Shown here piece after piece: positions 55,225 through 64,000 of a stretch of DNA of 64,000 bases. The position numbers and the translations under genes are program-made. Source of the stretch: Phycisphaerae bacterium (GTDB lineage: Bacteria; Planctomycetota; Phycisphaerae; UBA1845; Fen-1342); the NCBI GenBank assembly GCA_017999985.1, contig JAGNKU010000001.1:237276-301275 (forward strand), given 5' to 3'. The first letter of the stretch is position 1. The number at the start of each line of letters is the position of its first letter. The notes beneath the pieces were generated by a model, which saw only the letters and a program-made list of their open reading frames with translations, made no database searches and was not told the origin of the DNA.

Positions 55225-56520
55225 TTACCGCCGGCGCAGGGCGATCACGCCCAGCAGCGCCAAGAGCGTCAGCGCGCCCGGCTCGGGCACCGCCAGCCGC
55301 AGAATCGCCTCGATTTCGCCCGTGCTGCCGATCGGAACGAGGCCGACCTCCACATATACGAACCCATCCTCGGCCAGGCACAGCCCCGGCCCGATAGTCG
55401 TGCTCGCCTTGAAGTCGGTGACAAGGTAGTCGGAAACCCCATCGCCGTTCGTGTCGATCTCGTCATTCGTCTGCAGCAACTGAACCGAATTGGCAAGATC
55501 ATCGCCCAGGCCGTAGAACAGATGCTCGTCGGCGCTGAGGCCCCACATGTGCACGACGCCGCCGAAATTGTTGATGCTCGCGGCTCGCAGAGCATAGCCC
55601 GACAGGAGCGTATGGCCGTCCAGCGTGTTGCCCTCGCGCACCGCGATCACGCCGTTGTATGCCAGGAACTCGTCGGTCGCCACCGCACCGTTGGTGTCGC
55701 CGGTGAAGATGTAGTTGCCGGCATTGTTGACACCCACGATGTCGAAGCTCTCCCACAGTTCGCCGCCGCCGGCCGAGTGGCCTTCCTGCGCGACGAACGC
55801 GCCGTCCAGGTAGACGTGCTCGTTGTTGGTCGTGGAACCCGTGTCCATGTCGAGCACGTGGATGTGGTGCAGCCCGTTGTCCGAGATCCAGTAGTCAAAA
55901 TTGCTCGCGGTCGTCTTGATCGGTATCCCGTTGATCAGGTCGCCGCCACCAAGCACGCGCGTAATCGACGCCGGGTTGCTTGGGTCCGTCGCCTTGAACA
56001 GGTGCCGGTTCGTCGAAGTGCTGCTGCCCTGGGTCGGCGTCGAGCCGCCCACCCAGTACGCCGTCCCGTCCGGCAACATCGTCGGCCGGCTGTTGAAGGA
56101 GCTGAACAGCCCCGGCAGCGGCGGAATCGGGTCGCCCTTCTGGAGCAACGTGCCCGCGTGCGTATGGACCGCGTCGTTGCCGTTCACCGATGGGCTGTAA
56201 ATGAACCCGCCCGTGTCGCTCACGCCCATCGTGCTTTCGCCGCCGGTCAGCACATCCGGCAGGGCGTCATTGGAGAAGAACACCGGTCCCGTGTTCCACC
56301 AGATGAAGCGCTGGCTGTCCGCCAGGCTCCCGACGAAGCCGACCCGGCCGTTGCCATCCGTAAACGGCGAGTTCAGCGTGCTGACGGTCGACACGCCCAG
56401 CGTGTCGCCCTGTCGCACGACCACGTAGGCCGGAATCGGGGGAAGCGCCAACGCCGTGCCCACGACACAGCCCACTGCCACAATCAAACTCACATGCATC
56501 CACTCTTTCCGATTCACCAT
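55225..56520 (-). CDS. PEP-CTERM sorting-domain protein
   Basis: GAGGAGG RBS, an N-terminal signal (MHVSLIVAVGCVVGTALA), a large Gly/Thr/Asn-rich beta-rich body, and a C-terminal VPEPGALTLLALLGVIALRRR. Confidence 0.7.
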   Translation of the reverse strand: MVNRKEWMHVSLIVAVGCVVGTALALPPIPAYVVVRQGDTLGVSTVSTLNSPFTDGNGRVGFVGSLADSQRFIWWNTGPVFFSNDALPDVLTGGESTMGVSDTGGFIYSPSVNGNDAVHTHAGTLLQKGDPIPPLPGLFSSFNSRPTMLPDGTAYWVGGSTPTQGSSTSTNRHLFKATDPSNPASITRVLGGGDLINGIPIKTTASNFDYWISDNGLHHIHVLDMDTGSTTNNEHVYLDGAFVAQEGHSAGGGELWESFDIVGVNNAGNYIFTGDTNGAVATDEFLAYNGVIAVREGNTLDGHTLLSGYALRAASINNFGGVVHMWGLSADEHLFYGLGDDLANSVQLLQTNDEIDTNGDGVSDYLVTDFKASTTIGPGLCLAEDGFVYVEVGLVPIGSTGEIEAILRLAVPEPGALTLLALLGVIALRRR

Positions 56521-56741
56521 TCTGATCCTCCTCTACGCGCGAACGCGTCGCCGCGTGCATTCAGACATGAGCGCCCGACCGGGCGCGCGCAGCGCGCTCC
56601 ACGCAAACGGGACCCTGATGACCGTACGGTGCACCCTGCCGTGCTTCTGCCGTCCCGACGCGGCCCAGCGTACCCGGGCACACCCTCCTCAAGCCACTAT
56701 CCTACGGGCCCGGACTGCCGAATGCAACCCCAACTTCACGC

Positions 56742-58991
56742 TCACGGCCCGCTAAGCAAGAGTACAAAAGCATTTATATCGCCGAAGCCGACGCTGCCGT
56801 CCCCGTTGCAGTCCGCGTGGTTCACGTCACAGTGCGGGAACGCCGCCGCGTACGCCACCGGGTTGGTCAACGCCAGCACGAACGGGTTGATGTCGCGGAA
56901 ATCCAGCCGGCCGTCGCAGTTCACGTCGCCGGGCAGCTCCGCACAACCCGTCGCATAGACCTGCACGTCATCCACGTTCCAGCCGCAGTACGCCCAGCCC
57001 GCGTCGGTCGGCCCCATCGTCCAGCGCAGGTAAACCGTCGGCTGATTGTCCGCCTCGGCGGAGATGTCGAAGTCCTGCAGCGTCCAAACGTTGTCCGCCA
57101 CTTCCGTCGTGTTCTGCCAGACCGTCACCCAGTTCACGCCGTCGCGGCTGACGCCCACCGCCGCCCGGTCGTAGGGCGCCTGCTCGACGCCCAGCCAGCG
57201 CCAGAACGACAGCCGCAGGCCCCATTGGCCACGACAATCGAACGGCAGGCTGGTCAGGTGCCGCTCGGGCAGGCTGTTCGTGTAGTCGCCGGCGAGGTTG
57301 TAGCCGTACACGTACGGCCCCGTGTGCCCGCTGGTGGGATCCGGTCCGCCGTGGGCCCCGCCGCCGCCCGTCGGCTGCCCCCACGCCCACTGTGCCTCCG
57401 TTGACCACCCGGGGTTGGCGGCCAGGTCATCCTCGAACACGGTGGTGCCGCTGACCATCCCCGCCGCATAGAGGTCCCCCGGCGCGCCGGCCGGGGCCAG
57501 CGTCACGCCGGCGTCGCCTACGACGCTGAAGTAGTACTCGGGGGTTGCGCCGCAATGGGTCCGCGGCAGCGCGCCGAGGAATGAGGCGCCGCCCAGATGC
57601 GTGAGCGGCACGACCGTGAAGGCCTCGTCCGCGTGATACCGGTAGTGCAAGAGGGCCGTGCCCACGTCCAGCACCTCGTCGGCCGAGGTGATCGTGACGG
57701 CGATCGGCGTGTCCGCGCCCACGACCAGTTGCGCGGGCAACCCATCCGGGAAGCGGAACTGCGTCGCGCGGACCATCGCCGAGTTCGTCAGGTGCAGCAG
57801 CGCCGGCAGCACCTCCTCGTTGTTCGGGATGATCTGGCTGGCCGGGAGGATGAAACCATACGTGCCCGTGTCGCGCAGCTCGAACGAAAACGAGAAGATG
57901 TCGCGCACCCCATACGTCCAGTCCGCGGAGCCGCCGCTCACCGGGTAAATCGTGCTATAGATCGGTCCGGCGGTGTAGGTGAGACCGTGCACGCTCTGAA
58001 TGAGCTGCTGCATGGCGAGCCCGACGGCCTGGTACGCTGGCTGGTCCGGCGGCAACTCCGGCTTGTAGCCCCAAGGCCAGAGAATGAGCTGCGAGTAGCT
58101 GTGAATGTCGTTCATGGCGCGGACCTGCGGATGCGCGATGAAAAAGTCGCGCAGCGCCTGGGTTTCGGGCTCGGAGAACGGGGCTGGGCCACGATACGTT
58201 TGCGAGCTGGGCAAGCCACTGGAGCCGTTCAGCCCCCAGCCCATGCCGAAGTTGCGGTTGATGTCGACGCCGAAAACCCCGCCGCCGTTGTCGCGCCGGT
58301 TCTTCCGCCAGAGCCGGTCGTTTGTCCACGTGTAGACGTAGCCATCCGGGTTGCCCACCGGGATCAGGAACCACTCGACGTGGTCGACGACGTCGGTGAT
58401 CGCCGGATCGAGGCCGTAATTCGCCAGCAGGTGCGTGGCCACGTACTGTGGCACAGTCGGCCCGATCCATTCGCGGGCGTGCAGGCCGGCGAAGTAGACG
58501 ACGGCTGGGCTGGTCGGCGGCAGCGCTGGTCCCGCGATCCGCAGTCCCCAGATGGTCCGGCCCTCGAGGGACGTACCGACGTTGATCACCGCGGCGAGGT
58601 CTGGGTAGCTCGCCGCAAGCTGGTTCAGATACGTCACGATGTCGTCGTAGGCGTGGTAGGCGTCGAACCAGCCGCGTGGGGCCGCCGCCTGCTCGGTATC
58701 GATCAAGTGCTGCACGTCCTCGATCCAGACGTGGTACGGGACCCCAAGCCCCTCCAACTCCGCCAGCATCCCCGGCGGCAGCAGCACGTCGACGGGCCCG
58801 CGGCCCACGTGCTCGGTCCAGAGATCCGCCCCCCGCGCGAGCAGCGGCGCCAACGCCTGCTCATCCGTCCCCCAGACGCGCGCCACCTGGCAGCCGTCGT
58901 AGCGGCGCGGCGTCTCAGCGGCCGCGGCCAGGCCCCATGGCCACAACCAGATCGTCCCCACCATGAGTACAACTCGACTCGGGCTGCGCAT
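56742..58991 (-). CDS. Secreted M14 zinc carboxypeptidase with C-terminal beta-sandwich and dockerin-like double repeat
   Basis: Signal peptide MRSPSRVVLMVGTIWLWPWGLAAAA with a GGAGG RBS. M14 core (AGLHAREWIG zinc HxxE, VDINRNF, NDIHSYSQLILWPWGY, SGGSADW). The C-terminus is GDVNCDGRLDFRDINPFVLALTNPVAYAAAFPHCDVNHADCNGDGSVGFGDINAFVLLLSGP. Confidence 0.85.
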   Translation of the reverse strand: MRSPSRVVLMVGTIWLWPWGLAAAAETPRRYDGCQVARVWGTDEQALAPLLARGADLWTEHVGRGPVDVLLPPGMLAELEGLGVPYHVWIEDVQHLIDTEQAAAPRGWFDAYHAYDDIVTYLNQLAASYPDLAAVINVGTSLEGRTIWGLRIAGPALPPTSPAVVYFAGLHAREWIGPTVPQYVATHLLANYGLDPAITDVVDHVEWFLIPVGNPDGYVYTWTNDRLWRKNRRDNGGGVFGVDINRNFGMGWGLNGSSGLPSSQTYRGPAPFSEPETQALRDFFIAHPQVRAMNDIHSYSQLILWPWGYKPELPPDQPAYQAVGLAMQQLIQSVHGLTYTAGPIYSTIYPVSGGSADWTYGVRDIFSFSFELRDTGTYGFILPASQIIPNNEEVLPALLHLTNSAMVRATQFRFPDGLPAQLVVGADTPIAVTITSADEVLDVGTALLHYRYHADEAFTVVPLTHLGGASFLGALPRTHCGATPEYYFSVVGDAGVTLAPAGAPGDLYAAGMVSGTTVFEDDLAANPGWSTEAQWAWGQPTGGGGAHGGPDPTSGHTGPYVYGYNLAGDYTNSLPERHLTSLPFDCRGQWGLRLSFWRWLGVEQAPYDRAAVGVSRDGVNWVTVWQNTTEVADNVWTLQDFDISAEADNQPTVYLRWTMGPTDAGWAYCGWNVDDVQVYATGCAELPGDVNCDGRLDFRDINPFVLALTNPVAYAAAFPHCDVNHADCNGDGSVGFGDINAFVLLLSGP
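56745..56930 (-). other. Dockerin-like C-terminal double-repeat module (copy 4 of 4)
   Basis: GDVNCDGRLDFRDINPFVLALTNPVAYAAAFPHCDVNHADCNGDGSVGFGDINAFVLLLSGP. Confidence 0.6.
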
Positions 58992-59100
58992 GCTCTCGAC
59001 CTCCAGAGGTGCAGGGGTCAGTCCGAGCCCCATTATAGCAGCCGGCCGCGCCGTCCCGGCGGCCTTCTGGCGGCAAAATCCCCGCGTCCCCCGCGTTCCG

Positions 59101-61320
<2,220 letters not shown>

Positions 61321-61705
61321 CTCGAAAACGTGCAAGATGCGCGTCTGCCGCCCCAGGGATCTGCGCGTCTGTTTCACGTGTGGCACCTTCGTGGACTCCT
61401 CGCCCGACCGCGCGCCGTTCGGTCGCCCGATAACGGCATCGGGCGCGCGCCGTCCGGCCCGCGCATATCGTCGGCTGGATCGGCGGCGGGCAACGCTACC
61501 GCTGCGGTCGGCCGCGACTCGTCCGCTAAACCGGGTCGCTCGTCCCGCGGAAGTCGCCCCCACGCCCCGCCGCGTCGTCCGGCGCTGGATGCGCTCGCCC
61601 GAATACCCGATAGACACTGGCGGACGGACACCGGATACCGGGCCGGGCCGCGCCGCGCGGCTGCCATGGCCCAGGGCGCCGCCCCCACGGGACCCGCCAG
61701 ATACG

Positions 61706-62875
61706 ATGCGCAAGCTCAGACTCAACGACGCCGCGCTGCGAAAGCTGCTCGGAGAGCTGGATGCGCAGGACGCGCGGCCGGACGCTGGCCGCGACGCCGC
61801 CGGGGAGTTCCACTCGTACCGCATCCCGGGCCTGCGTGTCGACGTCGACCTGTCCCGCGACGAGTCCGACGCCCTTATCGTGCCCTCGCGCAAGCTCGGC
61901 TCCGCCGGCATCTACTTCCTGGCCAGCAACCTCCTGCACACCGACTGCGTCTGCCGCGTCCACCTCGTCACCGTCCGCAACAACTGGCAGACCGTCAGCG
62001 GCCGGGTGGCCGGCTGCCGGTACATCGCCGGCACCACGGGCGTGCACGAAATCTTCGTGCGGTTCGACCATCCGATTGACCCGGCGTCGTTCGCGCCCAC
62101 GGCCACCCGCTCGCGGATTCTCGCGGTCGACGACAGCCGCGTCTCGCTCAAGCTCTACGAGCATCTCCTCCAGACCATGAACGTCGAGTTGACCTGCGCA
62201 TGCAACGGCATCGAGGCGATCGAGAATGCACTGGCGAACACGTACGACCTGATCCTGATGGACCTGGAAATGCCCGAAATGGATGGCCTGTCCGCGGTCC
62301 AGACGCTGCGGAGCAGGGGCTACGTTCGCTCGATCGTCGCCGTATCCGCGATGTGCGAGCCGGAGGACCGGGCCCGGTGTCTCGCCGCCGGGTGCGACGA
62401 CTTCCTGGCCAAACCGCTGACCCGCGAGACGCTATCCGCGGTGGTGGACCGCAATCGCGCTGAGCCGCTGGTCAGCGCCTTTCTCGATGATCCCGGCATG
62501 ACCGACCTCATTGACGGCTTCGTGGCCGGGCTGGGCGAGACTGTCAACCGGCTGGAGGCCGCGTACGGCACGCAGAACTACAGCGAACTCGAACGCGAGG
62601 CCCGCCAGCTCAAGGGCGAGGCGGCCGGGATCGGCTTCGGTGCCATCACGGACGCCGCCATCGCGATCGAGCACGCGCTTAAACGCGGCGATGACGACAC
62701 GGTCATTCGGGGCAAGCTCACCGAGCTGATCCGCCTGTGCATGTCGGCGCGGCCCGCGACAAGCCGCCGGGCGGAATCCCCGGCCGAGCAGCCGGCCGAG
62801 GCGGAGGCCGCGAAGCCCGAGCCACGTCCGACGACACGCGGTTCGAAGCGCGGCAGCCGCAGTAAGTCCACCTGA
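61706..62875 (+). CDS. PilZ-like + REC + HPt three-domain signalling protein
   Basis: The N-terminus has an RxxxR / D-x-S-x-x-G-like PilZ pattern (LRKLLGELD...[26 protein letters not shown]). REC ([14 protein letters not shown]...[13 protein letters not shown]...VAVSA) and HPt ([28 protein letters not shown]) follow. The start is ATG 61706 inside track ORF 61292..62875. Confidence 0.75.
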   Translation: MRKLRLNDAALRKLLGELDAQDARPDAGRDAAGEFHSYRIPGLRVDVDLSRDESDALIVPSRKLGSAGIYFLASNLLHTDCVCRVHLVTVRNNWQTVSGRVAGCRYIAGTTGVHEIFVRFDHPIDPASFAPTATRSRILAVDDSRVSLKLYEHLLQTMNVELTCACNGIEAIENALANTYDLILMDLEMPEMDGLSAVQTLRSRGYVRSIVAVSAMCEPEDRARCLAAGCDDFLAKPLTRETLSAVVDRNRAEPLVSAFLDDPGMTDLIDGFVAGLGETVNRLEAAYGTQNYSELEREARQLKGEAAGIGFGAITDAAIAIEHALKRGDDDTVIRGKLTELIRLCMSARPATSRRAESPAEQPAEAEAAKPEPRPTTRGSKRGSRSKST

Positions 62876-63334
62876 CGGCACCCAGGGAGTCGGCCGTGGG
62901 GGATTTTCCGTCAGAAGCAGGCGCCAGGCGGACAGGACCTGGTGACGGCCCGCCGGTCTCACCTTGGCCAAACTGGAAAGGCCTGCGGGCGTCCGCCGGT
63001 CAGAGCGGGCTCGCCCCGCGCATCGTCCGGCGACTGGCCGGGCCCGGTGGAGCGCGCCGCCAGCCGCGGCCACCTCCGCCGTGGCCCCGGCCGGCTACAT
63101 CGCTTCGTCGTCGCCTGCCCCCGGGGAAAGGCTCCAGGACCCGATTCCGCTCCGACTCCGTCCCGTTGGACCCTTTTTCGTCAGTACAGCGCGCGACTGG
63201 AAATGGCGGCGGATCACGCAATAATCCCTCGCACCGACGCCCGGCGTCGCAGCGCGGACGCAGCGGCGGCGACCAGTACTGGTATGGCGGCACCGGCACC
63301 GCACACCGGCCCGTCCGCTGATGGAGATGATGCG

Positions 63335-63883
63335 ATGCGCAGCACCATGGCCCCCTTGATCCTCTGTGGTCTCGGACTCTGGCTCGGGGGATGTTCACTG
63401 GACTTCGCGGGGTTCTACCCGCCCCTGCCGACCGTGCCCGAGCTGGACCTCGCGCGCTACGCCGGCAAGTGGTACGAGATCGCCCGCTATCCGAACTGGT
63501 TCGAACGCGGCTGCGAGGGCGTGACCGCCGAGTACACGCCGCGCGACGACGGCTCGGTCGGCGTGCTCAACATCTGCCGCAACGCGGACGGCACCGAAGC
63601 CAGCCGGATCGAGGGCCGGGCGACGCGGCCGGACGCAGCGGAGCCGGGCAAGCTGAGCGTGTTCTTCGCCACCTCGCCGTTTGGCGCGCCGTACTGGGTG
63701 CTCGCGCTCGGCGACGACTACGAGTACGCCGTCGTGGGCGAGCCGAGCCGCGGCACGTTCTGGATTCTCAGCCGTACGCCGCAGATGGACCCGGCGGTCT
63801 ACGCCGCACTGGTCGCGCAGATGCCTGACTGGGGGTACGACGCGGACCGGCTGGAGCTGGTCAATCAGCCCGAGGCGCCGTAA
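63335..63883 (+). CDS. blc: Bacterial lipocalin (Blc-like outer-membrane lipoprotein)
   Basis: Lipoprotein signal MRSTMAPLILCGLGLWLGGCS; lipocalin SCR1 in LDLARYAGKWYEIARYPNWFERGC, then TAEYTPRDDGSVGVLN...YWVLALGDDYEYAVVGEPSRGTFWILSRTP. Confidence 0.8.
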   Translation: MRSTMAPLILCGLGLWLGGCSLDFAGFYPPLPTVPELDLARYAGKWYEIARYPNWFERGCEGVTAEYTPRDDGSVGVLNICRNADGTEASRIEGRATRPDAAEPGKLSVFFATSPFGAPYWVLALGDDYEYAVVGEPSRGTFWILSRTPQMDPAVYAALVAQMPDWGYDADRLELVNQPEAP

Positions 63884-64000
63884 GCGCCGCGCGCGGATCG
63901 GCGTGCGGTTGAGCGCAGCTTGTGGCACTGCTCTCGAGCTGTGGCGTAGGCACAGCGGACGCACGTAGCTTTCGCCCGGAGTGCGCGCTGGTTGCCAGGG

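Overview
This is a high-GC (~68-70%) bacterial chromosomal segment. The gene content points to Planctomycetota: a DUF1559 prepilin-like protein, several PEP-CTERM proteins, and a dockerin-like C-terminal module on secreted proteins. Many long ORFs in the six-frame track are antisense artefacts typical of high-GC DNA, with Arg/Ala/Pro-rich translations. I called about 55 CDS by recognising protein families in the translations and re-deriving starts from RBS, signal peptides and ATGA/GTGA coupling. The track appears to treat GTG/TTG as start codons translated as M. One real gene is missing from the track: a large PKD/WD40 protein on the minus strand at 1..2401, whose far end runs off the window. 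Coordinates re-derived from the sequence may be off by +/-1 nt. The first ~45 kb is mostly housekeeping: arfB, GT4, nnr, larB, groES, a ytrA-like GntR-ABC operon, queC, VKOR-Dsb, HAD, ctp, ruvC-ruvA-X-ruvB-X', rpsT, mnmE, flotillin-nfeD, metG, tyrS and a cheA-cheW-cheD-HDOD-cheY cluster. From ~46 kb the window changes to an accessory-looking island of secreted and surface proteins. It carries PEP-CTERM proteins, DUF1559, a GH172/DUF2961 protein, an orphan HAL/PAL-family lyase, a beta-helix protein and an M14 carboxypeptidase. Four proteins share a ~62-aa C-terminal double-repeat dockerin-like module: two M14 carboxypeptidases, the beta-helix protein and a small secreted protein. This module is the strongest candidate for an undescribed surface-assembly system in the window. 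I found no rRNA, tRNA, CRISPR array or IS element.
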